DNA from: Anthoceros angustus | Taxonomy: Eukaryota; Plantae; Anthocerotophyta | Reading direction: 5' to 3' | NCBI GenBank assembly: GCA_010909165.1 | Contig: VJWM01000003.1 | Span: forward strand, 248,001-312,000 | DNA: 64,000 nucleotides | The notes under the pieces: model-generated | What the model was told of the DNA's origin: nothing | The model's database searches: none | The model's input: only the letters and a program-made list of their open reading frames with translations | Made by a program: the position numbers and the translations under genes | Part shown: positions 1-10,765 of the stretch, piece after piece | Layout of the letters: the number at the start of each line of letters is the position of its first letter | Position numbering within the stretch: the stretch's first letter is position 1

Positions 1-2927
1 TTTCAACATACAGGAGATCACCACGCAGCCCGCACTTCTCACAGATATCGTTGTGCTCATCCACCGAGCAGAGATCCTCTGTCTCCCCAACATTCGGACC
101 AGGACTTGAACTGGTTCCTTTTGCCTTCACTGTATCTGCATCAGTACACATTCCGGTAGCATCCACAGCCTCTAGAACTGCAGGCGTTGCAACTTCAGGA
201 GCTTGCATGATCCGTGTGTCTTTGCAAACATCCAAGGAGCCTAACTTTGCTACTCCTTCAACGCCATTCTGAGCAGGAGAATCTTCCCGTTGTGAAGAAA
301 CAGGTAGGCTGGAACCTGTGGGGGCACCGTTAGCTCCAGTCTCCAATAAGACAATGTTCTTATTTCTACCTCGCAACCCTTCACCTGGACTCAGTGAACC
401 CTTTATCTGAGAGTGTGACCTCTTCTTTCCACCGGTTTGGATTGAAGGAAATTCACTATCACATAGCCTGTCATCAGGGGATCCTGCAACTCCAGCTTCC
501 ATTCTTCTTTCAATGTCCAGGTTATGGCTTGCTCCCTGGTGCGGCTCCATGGTTGAAGGAGATGAAGATGGGCCCCCTCCATCAGCTCCAGCTTCAGACC
601 CAAGCAAGCTAATCTGTCGGGGCGGGCCTGCAAGAGATCCAGATAAGCTAGTGCCTGTTCCCATTGCTGAACTTGGAGGTGGCCCTGCTGCCAGAGCTTG
701 CACCTCCAGAGTCTGAACTTCTTCCGCCTTAGCCAGATGGTGGGAGGAACTCATAAATGCAGGATCTGAGCTTTGTGACGATCCCTTCACATGCGGAGCG
801 TTCTTCTCAAGAGAGTCCTGAAGAGGATCAGCCACAAGCAGCTTTCTTCTATCTGACCGGTCACAAACATCCTTCTGAACTGATTCAAAACACGAAGTCT
901 TCTGATGGTACATACTAGCAAGAGAGACAGCCTCCCTGTGCCCCTTGCTGCCATCCCCATCCTTGAAGCGTTCATAACCACTGACGAACAGGCACAAGCA
1001 GCTGGGAAGGGCCAAGACCAATCCAGACAAACCTTTGGTAAGAAATTCAAAACGAAAAGGCATTGCTAACACAATAGAGTGCAGAAAACAAGCTCATACT
1101 TTGCACACAAACTCCCTTCGCGGGCCCAGGGGCAATGGCAGTACCTTCTCTGCACGGCTTCATAATGATCTGATGCTCGCTTGAACCCAAAGAACTTCAC
1201 AATTTTTAGTTTTGGACCTTCTCCTTTTCTCTCAAGGAGGTCGAGCGGGACATCCGGTGGGATACACGCACGAGACATCAGAATTCCAGGCCACCACAAC
1301 TCCTCTGTTATCTGCAGAAAGACACCCGAGTCAAGTGGCAGCGAGACGCTGTACAACAGAATGTAAGCCACGCAAGGGGCAACAGGTACCTTAGCCCAGA
1401 CAACTGCACCACTTGATAACTTGCCATCCCTTTCTTTGGAAGTGATGCTTTCATCCTGCTTGCCGTGCAGCACCTTGGCTGAACGGTCAATAGGACAGAC
1501 TATTCTTGGAGCAAACCCCGGGTTTGGATCTCCTGTTGTGACCGAATCACTGCCTTGAATAACAGACTGCATGTCTTTGGTCTTTCTCACCCTCGGGTGC
1601 GGCTGGTTGGGCAAATGCCGAGCCCTTGTATAACTTTCGGACCTACCCTGAGCCTCAGCTGCATGTTCCTCCGTCTCATCACCGACATGCCTACCCCCAG
1701 CTGACCCTTCATTCCCCACCGAACATTCCACCAGATCCTCTGCACAGAGGCGCCCACTTGTCCAAGACGAAGACGAGCTTCTCTCCACACTCAAGTCTTT
1801 GTGGAGCTCCTTAGCCTCTGCCCTTCCACATTGCTTGGAATCCACATCTTCCGTGTCCTTCGGTGAGGCATCCTCCCCTCCAGACAACCACAGCCACCTC
1901 CTGCCTGCTCTACAACCGGTTGGCGTCATGCTAGACCCAACGGGTGTAGGGGACTCCTCCAGTGCACCTCTCCTTCCCTGAGGACTCTGTGAAGGAGAAG
2001 GCCCATCCTTGGGACTCTCCAAGCTCCCCCCCAAGCCCGCTGACTCCTGATCGCCAGATAGCGATATCGATACCCCCCACCCACTTCTCCGCTTCTGCCC
2101 TCTACTGTCCACAGAGTCGTTATCGGTGCCATCCCTGACCACAGGCGACCTCTTCCTCTTAACAGGCCCCAGCGGCCCAGGCACCTTGGACGCTGACCTC
2201 CAGGAACCACTGTTCTCCCCGTTCACACTCGCCCGGTTCGCCCTCTCCGCGCCAGGAGCCTCCGGGTCCGCAGCCTCCCCTTCCCCTGTCACGGACAAAT
2301 TCCTCACAAGGGGTGGAATGGACCTGATGGCCAAGCCCCTCCTCTGTAGCCCTGCATGCAAGCACCAACACAAAAAAAACAGTCACATCCACAAGCATCC
2401 CCACACAGACCAAGCATTCCCGAGAGAACGCTCAAAAACTGCAATGCCTCACCTTCCTTACTGCACCCGGCCTGCGCTTCATGCGGAAAACGAGCAGCCT
2501 CCGATCCGCTCCCCGCCGGCGAATTCGCCCCGCGGACGCTCCCCGACATGACCTTCTTGTAACTGCTGGACTGCAAACGCCTCCCGGACCCTCCCCACAC
2601 CCGCGCGCCATCCTCTCGCGAATTTCTTGCGGCCGGGGCCAGCGGAAGCAGAGCCCGGTGCGTCCCATCCCGCGAGCCGCCATCCTCCCCGCCGGAAGCG
2701 CCGCCGTCTTTCCGGCGCTTCTTCGCAAGATTGCTCAACCTCCGCCTGCGCTCCTCCTTGCCTACATCCTGAAGCTCGGACGACGACATGGCCCCGTCCT
2801 CCCCGCCGTCCATCAGCCAGGCCTCCCGTCCATCCTCCTCCGACTCCCCGATGCTGACATCCTCGTCGCCGTCACCCTTCCATCCCGTGGCAAACGCCGG
2901 GGGATCGTCCTGATCCCAGAGCGTCAT
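1..2927 (-). CDS. PWWP-domain chromatin-reader protein, multi-exon, 3' part outside the window
   Basis: ATG at 2927 (MTLWDQDD). Exons ~2927-2453, 2351-1390, 1311-1144 and ~1001-1 are joined by GT-AG introns. The spliced read VVWAK|ITEELWWPG...KIVKFFG...EAVQR|SCLCLFVSGYERF...HREAVSLA matches the PWWP signature. Confidence 0.75.
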
Positions 2928-3159
2928 CCCGCGCCGGGATCTACTCCCCTGCACCACACAAGGCGGCCAATTCAGCACGGCAGCCGCCGCAACGCATCCA
3001 ATCAAGCGGAAAGACGCAATTCCGGGGGCGGGGCGGCCGACACATTCCGCTCTCGCACACCACACCTGATTGCAGACAGCAAGAGCGGGAGCGGGGGCAG
3101 CAGCAGCAGGCGGCCCATACCGAGAGGCTCCAGAGGCGGGAGGAGAGCCAGGGAATCTG

Positions 3160-3230
3160 AGCGTGCCGCTGCTGCTGCTACGAGCGCAAAGCCGGGGGAA
3201 ACTGAGGCTGCTGCTGCGGCTGCTGCTGCG

Positions 3231-3262
<32 letters not shown>

Positions 3263-3605
3263 CACTGCTTCTCCTGCTTCTCCTGCTTCTCCTGCTTTTG
3301 CTGCTCGGCTTCCCCTTCCCCTTCCTCTTCCTCTGTGCCTTGCTCCTCCTCCTGCTGCTCCTTTACAGCGCAGGTGCCTTGCCTCCTGCTCCTGCTCCTG
3401 CTGATGCTGATGCCCGTCCTGCTCCTGCTCCAGTTCCTGCCCGTCCTGCTGCTGCTGCTGCTGCCCGTCCTGCTGCTGCTCCTGCTCCTGCTGCTGCTGC
3501 TGCTGCTGCTGCGCGAGCGCATGCGCACGGGCAAGGCAGTAGTGCGCAGAGCGATGCTGGCATGTCCAGGACCAGGACCAGGACCAGGACCATGACCAGG
3601 ACCAG
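3160..3605. repeat. Compound CTG/CAG-type microsatellite and (CCAGGA)n low-complexity tract upstream of the PWWP gene
   Basis: Runs of (CTG)n, (CTCCTG)n and (CCAGGA)n are visible directly. They generate long low-complexity ORFs on both strands. Confidence 0.9.
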
Positions 3606-4199
3606 TTGCACAAGCCTCCTGCCATGGAATGGACCATACCTGCTGCGTCCCAGTTCCCTTTGATGTGACAAGGGTGATCGATTCCACTCGCTTCGCCCAC
3701 CTAGGTATTTTTCCTCCCACCCGCCTCACGACTCGCTGCACTCTACATATATACATAAATCTTAATCCCGGCATTGCCTCCTCTCCACTCCCGCTCTCTA
3801 ATTCCTCTCCCCACTCTCCCTCTCTCTAATTTATCGTCCCACGCTGCACCGGCATCGCCTCTCCTCGCAAACGCCCAACGTAGCCCAACGTAGCCCAACG
3901 AACACACATAACGTTTCGCCCATTTCACACTGCCTCACTCTCTTGTTAGCCGTATCATGCTTACTCATTCCTAATTGACTTTAACTCCACACACTACTAA
4001 CTTATTATTATAAAATAAATAAACATAATAGAAAGGATTTATACCGGCGATTAAAGCACACATATGTGTCTTCCTACATTGTACAAATCTCTATCATGCG
4101 CATCTCTCCTGAAAAAAACATACAAGAAATATATACGTATAATAATTTCGGTTAAGTTGTTCCATACATTGTTGCAACGGTTTGCAACGGTTCAACATG

Positions 4200-4580
4200 G
4201 ACTGACTACGGCTACAGGACAACTAACAACCGGTCATCTTCAACGGAAACTACGACTAAAGGACAGCTAACAGATTTGTGATCAGAATCTCTCTATGCGA
4301 CGTTGCGGCTAGAGGACAACTAACCGCCGGTCATCTTCAACGGGAACCACTACAGTTGAACGACCAATCCCTCTATGCGACACTGTGGCTAGAGGACAAC
4401 TAACCGCCGGTCATCTTCAGCGGGAACTACGGCTACAGGACCATTGACTCATTTGTGATGAGAATCTCTGTATGCAACACGGACTTGACTACGGCTGAAG
4501 GACAACTAACCACCGGTCATCTTCAATGGGAACTACGGCTAAAGGACCACTAACGGATTATGATCAGAATCTCTATGCGT
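4200..4580. repeat. Tandem repeat, four units of ~80-105 bp
   Basis: Core GGACAACTAACCRCCGGTCATCTTCA...GGAACTAC at ~4217, 4314, 4394 and 4500, with related linkers (..GATCAGAATCTCT..ATGC). Confidence 0.85.
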
Positions 4581-4859
4581 GGTGTACGATGGAGAATGGA
4601 TAGTTAAGTGAGTGTGGGACGGGGAACTGGAGGGTAAAGTTCATTGTCAGAACATCTAAGACTTGGGAGTCAGATTATTCACACGGTTGAGAGCGTGCAC
4701 GTTGAGAATGTCTCCAACCTCGAGGCCACTCTTGGAAACGATGTAACCCTAGAAAGGCATGAATCAACGCCGCCTTGAGAGGGCCTCCATCAAACCTGTG
4801 CACCGCACTTGGCATGCATTGTAGGATGCAGTACCCACCTTACAGTGTCTATGTCTCCG

Positions 4860-5092
4860 CACATAACAGTCTACAACAAAGACATATGACGGTCTACGGC
4901 AAAGACATATAACAGTCTAGGACAAAGACATGGAACATATGACGGTCTACGGCAAAGACATATAACAGTCTAGGACAAAGACATGGAACGTGTTGTCTAC
5001 GACGTAACAATCTACAACAAAAACATATAACGGTCTACGGCAAAGACATATAACAGTCTAGGACAAAGACATGGAACGTGTTGTCTACGACA
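4860..5092. repeat. Tandem repeat of AAAGACAT / ACGGTCTACGGC / AACAGTCTAGGAC subunits
   Basis: GGTCTACGGCAAAGACATATAACAGTCTAGGACAAAGACATGGAAC occurs three times (~4891, 4944, 5032). Confidence 0.85.
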
Positions 5093-7829
5093 CAGACCGA
5101 AACTGACAAAGCCCAAAACTATTGATGCACTCAATCTTAGAATGCAAAAGAGTACCCACAGAAGAAAACAAGGTGTCTCTAAATTGGTGTAAGACATAAG
5201 TGGAAGAGTCCTTCCACTTGTAAACCCTAAATCCTCAACCCTAAACTTCAACCCATAATCCTACACCAAGGATTACCCAAGTCTTACTACCTCCACATAT
5301 CATCCTCCACATTGAGGAGTTTGACTTGGCTATGGCAAACATATAAGGAAGTGGGTGGTCAAATAATATATTAATAATAGATTTATGATTATGAAGGAAT
5401 ATAGGTGAAAGAAACAAAAACGATGGCACCAGAGGGTAGGGCAGATGTGTAAGGCGCACGGCAGATGGATGGTGGCGGTAGGTTGGACGTCGGCGTCGCG
5501 CGTGGGCTGGGGTTGGAGTGCGGGTCGTGGAGGGGACACACACATGCCACATGCATGCAGCATGGCCATGGCCATGGCAAATCATGTGACGTCATCAACA
5601 GCTGGCCATGTCAGGTCCAGATCCTGCCACGCTCACGCTCCGCCCGTATTATCATTATTAACTGCGCTCTTTACTTCTTCCCGCTCTCGCCGTTGCCGTT
5701 GCCGCTTCCACATCCACCGTCCGTTCCGACGCTCCCTGTACGTTTTATGGTCCCATCACCACGGCCCGGGCCCTGTCCCTTCCCGTCTCTCCAACAGTCG
5801 CAGGTCGTGACCCGCGAACGAGTCGCGATTCTCCGGTCCTGACGTGCGTCTCGATTCGCGAGTCGTGAGTCGCGATTCGCGATTCGCGCTCAGCCGAGCG
5901 TGAGGGCGTCTCGAGGCTCCCGGTTCTCCTCTGCTGCTCCGGCCGTGCAGGCCTGGATGCTGCTTTGCGGACTGCCAAGCAAACGCGATGACATGTCTGC
6001 GACCCAAGGGATGGATGGGTCGAACCGAATCGTGAAGGGCAAGAGGCGTCTTGAATGCAAATTGAAGGGGGAGGCAGGCTTGAAGGCGATTTGGGAAGGG
6101 ATTCATCCAGGCTTCAAGCGTCCTTGCTTCTGGAGCATCCACCTGCCCATGTGACTTCCAGCTGGACCACGGTGACGCTACTACAACACAACATGGGTCA
6201 GAAAAAACTAGATGCGAGAAAGCCCATGTACTTTCAGGGGCAGCTTTCTGGCAAGCTGATGAGGTTGACCCATCGTCAGGCCTGCAGTGATGCGCAAGTT
6301 ATGGGCCAGCTCGATTATTGAGGCATCTTTCTCTTGTTCAAGCTTTCTTCTCACTCGAGCTCGGTAAGTACGTCCTTGGTCCTCCCCATGGCTCATGAAA
6401 GCTGGGTTTCCGTCTTTGAATTCCAGGAGCTAGACCATCACATCCGCATTACTGGTCTCCCGCACGGCAAAGTCCCAGAACCCACCAGTCTCGACGCTGC
6501 AGTCCTGCAGGCGTCAGTGGGGAGAACTGGTGGAGTCGCTGGGGAGCTGCTCTCTTGTGTCAGGTTCCTTTCTTTCGAGTGGACCAGGACACAGGAGTCC
6601 AGGACAGGACAGGCCTGGTCTGGCCTGCCCACAATAATTCAGATATTCAATCCCAGCAGAGGGTTCAAACTTCGAGACTCCTGCAACTGGAGGTCAGGAG
6701 TCGGGACGTGCAGTCAGGGCCGCTCACGGACGGGCCGTCCTTGCTCCTGCCATTCGTTATGACATGCATTCACATCACCATGACTTCATCGCTTGGACGG
6801 TCCTACTGTCCAGGACTTCCTGCATGGACAGTTGTGAGAGGCCCTGCCAGACGTCTCCACCCCTCCAGTTTCGCATTCGGTTCGAAGAGAAATGAGCCCA
6901 GTTTGTGAACTCTGCACTCCAGGGCACGCCGGTGTCCTTTGTGTGAGACCTAGATGTGCAACGCAAGTTCATTGAGCTCAGACCTCTTGTGTTTGATGGG
7001 CTTTCCCAAACGAATGTGTCTATCTATCCTATCCAGGAGTTGGGTTGCCAATTGCCATGCCAGATGTCCAGCCATCTGCGTACTTTAATCACAAATATTG
7101 CAAATGCGTTACCAACAATGATAAGATGCTGGAGCCAGGCGTGTCAGCACATTTGGCTCGCTATTTCACGCTGTGATCGCATGGCTGCCGGTATGCTCAT
7201 CATAATTGGCCAGGGCGCTATCAGTCTTCCGTCTTATGTTGCATAATTTGCATTGCATACCACGAATTGCATTGATTCGCGAGATCGTTTTGTTGTTACA
7301 TAGCCCAGTTCATGATAGGCAGCCGGCCTGCATGCGGCGGCGTGGAAGGAATGCATTGGCCGAATTGCGTTCATTCCTGCTGCCTTGCTACATATTACAT
7401 GCATGGAGCGGCGAGCCTAGTTCAGTAGACGCGACAAACCAGGCGGCCTGGATCTGCGGCTTGGGAAATGCAGGGAGCCGTAGGCCTCACGTTTCATTGC
7501 CCTCCTCTCCCTCTCATTGGATGCTGGGATTTCCTGGGCATCTTCTGTTTGGGGAACTTTTTATGGGCATACGCTGATGCTTGTCGTTTGTTCAGGGTGC
7601 CAAACGGCCCTTCTCACAGGAAATGTATGTACCGGGCAACCACTGTCATCTTCCCGGATGTATGCATCTCATGGCATTCCGGATGTGGCATGCATCTCAT
7701 GGCAGGACCCGATGGATGTGTTTGTGATGCAGTTGCCGAGCCGGATGGCTTCATGAGGTCTTCCATAATGTGTGCGCATGCCAAGGATGGACGAGACGAG
7801 CAGGTTGTAGAGTTGTGATGCGGGGGTGC

Positions 7830-8520
7830 GATGTGCAGGCAGAGGGGCATGTGTGTGACAAGGCTTGTGCAAGGGGACGAGACTTGAAGTCTGGGCAGCA
7901 GGTGCATGGTGATGTGGTGGTCAGTGGGGAGCTTGGAGAATTCTCTCATAGAGTGTTTGATGGGCTTTCCAAAAGAAGAATGTGGGAACGTGGAATGCGA
8001 TGATAGCAGGGTATTCCCAGCGGGGCATGGGGCAGGAGGCTTGTCAGGTCTGCAGGGCAATGCAACTCGAAGACGTCATTTCGGCCGATCCAGAGCTGGG
8101 GGCCCTACTTGCGCAAGACTGCAGGAGACATTCATCTGTCTCCTGCAGTCTTGCGCAAGTAGGGCCCCCAGCTCTGGAAATGGGGAAGCGGCTTCATGTG
8201 CACTTTAGAGAGCGAGGATGGGAGTGTGATATGTTTCTACCCGGCAGTTTGATGAACATGTCGTGCGTGTGCTCAAAGGCTGGAAGTCTGAGAGATGCTC
8301 GTAAGGCGTTTGACGAACTTGGTCACAAGCTCCGTCTCTACGCTATTAGGAGAAGAGGGCCGGCATTGCTACATCCGACTCTGTGACATTCGTGTGCCTC
8401 CTGCAGGCATGTTCAACTGTGGACGCCCCAGCGTTGGAGTTGGGAAAGCAGCTTCATGTGCAAATTAGAGAACAAGGGCATCAAGCTGATGTGTTTGTAG
8501 CCAATAGTTTCGCGGACATA
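7830..8520 (+). pseudogene. Degenerate PLS-class pentatricopeptide repeat (PPR) gene fragment
   Basis: Frameshifted motifs ACARGRDLKSGQQVH, RVFDGL, TWNAMIAGYSQRGMGQEA, TFICLLQSCA, ALEMGKRLH...SLMNM..CSKAGSLRDARKAFDEL and TFVCLLQACS...ALELGKQLHVQIREQG.QADVFVANS. No intact ORF. Confidence 0.85.
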
Positions 8521-8761
8521 TCTTTAGGTCTCCCTGGCACGAGCTGATGCACCACAATGTCGTTTGTCGAGATTCAGGGGTTGGCTTCGTTGTTGCTTCA
8601 CTTCTCTTGCTCCTGTGCAGGGGTGGAATTATACATGAGGTCTCTTGTGTGCAACCGATTAGGTCGATGATTCTTGAGAAGGAAACCTCGCGTCCTGCAG
8701 GTGAAGTGCTTTCCTGGTGTGTTGTGTACAATTGTACCTGCGATTGGACGTCGGCAAGCAT

Positions 8762-8849
8762 GGTGCCAACAATCAGGCTGCGCAGTCCATGTTGAGCTAT
8801 TGTTGGAGCAGGACTACAAGGATGACATCACCATGGAGGAAGCTGTGCT
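8762..8849 (+). pseudogene. Fragment of a 20S proteasome alpha subunit (PSMA4/PAC1 type)
   Basis: Reads GANNQAAQSML / EQDYKDDITMEEAV across an ~11-nt insertion. This matches the conserved alpha-3 segment GANNQAAQSxLKQDYKDD. Confidence 0.75.
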
Positions 8850-9399
8850 TTGGATGTAGGACAGTGCGCAGTACCAGTCTGTCGTCCGACGATGGCAGTG
8901 TCCAGCCGTAGGTCACCTCAGCTTAGGATTTGAACCGGCTGTTGTTCAAGTAGGGCAATTCGAACACAGCCAGCGTCCGACTGCCAGTAGGGTTCCGCCA
9001 GCTCCACACCAGTGCCACATACTACTCCTCTGTGCTTTCACAAGATTCGGCAACCCTGATGGATAATGTATTCGCAAGCCCGGCCTCCTCGAAATCTGAC
9101 GCGCTGAGGAAGAAGAAAGACAAGGGAGAAAGTAACAACGATTAGGATCAACAAGCTAGAATGGGCACAGAAAATTCAGAAACTCGAGAGCGACTTCGTT
9201 TCCGGCGGAAAAAAAAATTGGACTTTCTCCGGGTGGGACGAGGAGCTATTCCATAGCCTTCTTCTTCGAGGAGCTCATTGCGGCCTCAAAATATGATCAT
9301 TGCATGTCAAAACTTGAAGAATTGTAACTCATGTTCTTCTCTAAGCAGGAAACCAGGTCTCCATGTGACATAAGAGCAAAAGACAAATGGCCAACTTGA

Positions 9400-10010
9400 T
9401 TCATTGTTTAATGTGCTCGGGATCTTATCCACTTCATCTACAAAGCTCATATCCATGAGTATGTTCTAGTGGTGCATGTGCAACCATTGCTGATAGTAGT
9501 CATGAATGAAGTATGACATCAAGAGTCTTCAATCTTTTGGTATGAAGTACATAGTGGGTCACGGTCACATGATGCTAAGCTCCTTATATGAAGAAGGGGT
9601 GTCAAAAGGATGTGGTGTGTTTTTTTTGATAGAAATTGAAGATGCTATGGTCCAAGAAAATAGTTGGGGGAGGATCCGCTAGGAAACATGAGCTGCAAGT
9701 GCTCCTAGAATTTAAGAGCTATCAAAGGTCTAGAGAAGGTTGACCCACTTCAAGCTCTTGGAATTTGTGAGTTTACCAATGAGACAATGGCACATGTAAC
9801 AAGGAAGCGAATAGAGCCTAGAAAACTTAAAGATAAATGTATGTGAGATAAGCGTCCCCAAAGGGCCAATGAAGCCTAAAAAACATAAAGATAAGTGTTT
9901 GTGAGTCAAGAGTTTGTTGGGCCAATTAACAAGTGATGTGTGCCAAGATGAATGTGGAACATCCAAAGAAGGTCTAAGACTCATGGGCTGGAGCTGAATA
10001 TGAAACACTG
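9400..10010 (-). mobile_element. Highly decayed LTR-retrotransposon (Ty3/gypsy-like) integrase remnant
   Basis: PMSLRPSLDVPHSSWHTSLVNW resembles the LLQPLPIPxxPWxxISMDF integrase motif, and a TTSFxHP-like stretch lies near 9600. Many stops. Confidence 0.35.
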
Positions 10011-10389
10011 GAAGAAGGACCAAAGGTAATGTGGAATATATCACGTTAGATAGATGTATGAATATAACTAAAGGTATTGTGGAATATATAATGTTAGACA
10101 CATGTATAAATGTGAGGAGCCATGTGATGAAGAAAATCAACGTCTTGCATTGCATAGAATGAGAGCTGGTGTTAATAGTGTTGGCTAATAGTTGGTGATA
10201 AAAAAAGATGGGATCTTGATATCTAACTGACTATGTAATGGACGTGATATTGTAATCTATATAAGTATAATAAGGTACCGGATCGGAGCATTTAAAATAC
10301 AAGACCTAGCGATCACGGATGAGCCGGGCCTTAGGTTTTAAATAATTCCTTAGCTAGCCAGTTTCGGTGTGGGTAAGTCTTCGAAGCTC

Positions 10390-10432
10390 TGGGCCGCAAG
10401 AGGGACTGGCTGTGGGAAGGAGCTAAACCCTA
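10390..10432 (+). promoter_or_regulatory. Site II (TGGGCC) plus telo-box (AAACCCTA) upstream of the cyclophilin
   Basis: TGGGCC at 10390-10395 and AAACCCTA at 10425-10432, ~340 nt upstream of the ATG. This pairing is known in plant promoters of translation and RNA-processing genes. Confidence 0.45.
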
Positions 10433-10765
10433 GCGACGCAACATAAGTTGTGGAGTGAGAAGGGGTTTGAGCGATGGTCATGGCCACGGTTCGTGGTCTG
10501 GCGCCTTTATGAGAGCTCGCAAGGCAGCCTTCTGATCTTTCTTGTAGCTCTCTGTGCAGCGCAGCAGCTGTTTGTCACGGCATCTGCTCAGCAGCTGCCT
10601 TGCTTTGTCGGATATATCTTGCAGGGCCACGGTGATTTCGGGGTAGGTTCTGGGCCCTCAATGGATTTAAGCTTGCAGGCACGGTTGTGTATGCGGCTGT
10701 TCGCTTGTGGCGTTTTGAGATCGAGCTGACTGAGGTGGACTGCAGGTGCTGTGCCCGCCGCGAAG

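Noticed and set aside
3070-3774. PolyL, polyS and polyA ORFs in the other frames
   Set aside because: Stop-free by-products of CTG/CAG repeats with no domain content.
4200-4580. CRISPR-like look: ~37-bp conserved core with variable spacers
   Set aside because: The spacers are homologous to each other, the context is eukaryotic and there are no cas genes. It is an ordinary tandem repeat.
8858-9113. Stop codons repaired by U-to-C RNA editing (organelle-style)
   Set aside because: The context is nuclear and GC-rich and does not resemble an organellar gene. Simple pseudogenisation is more parsimonious.
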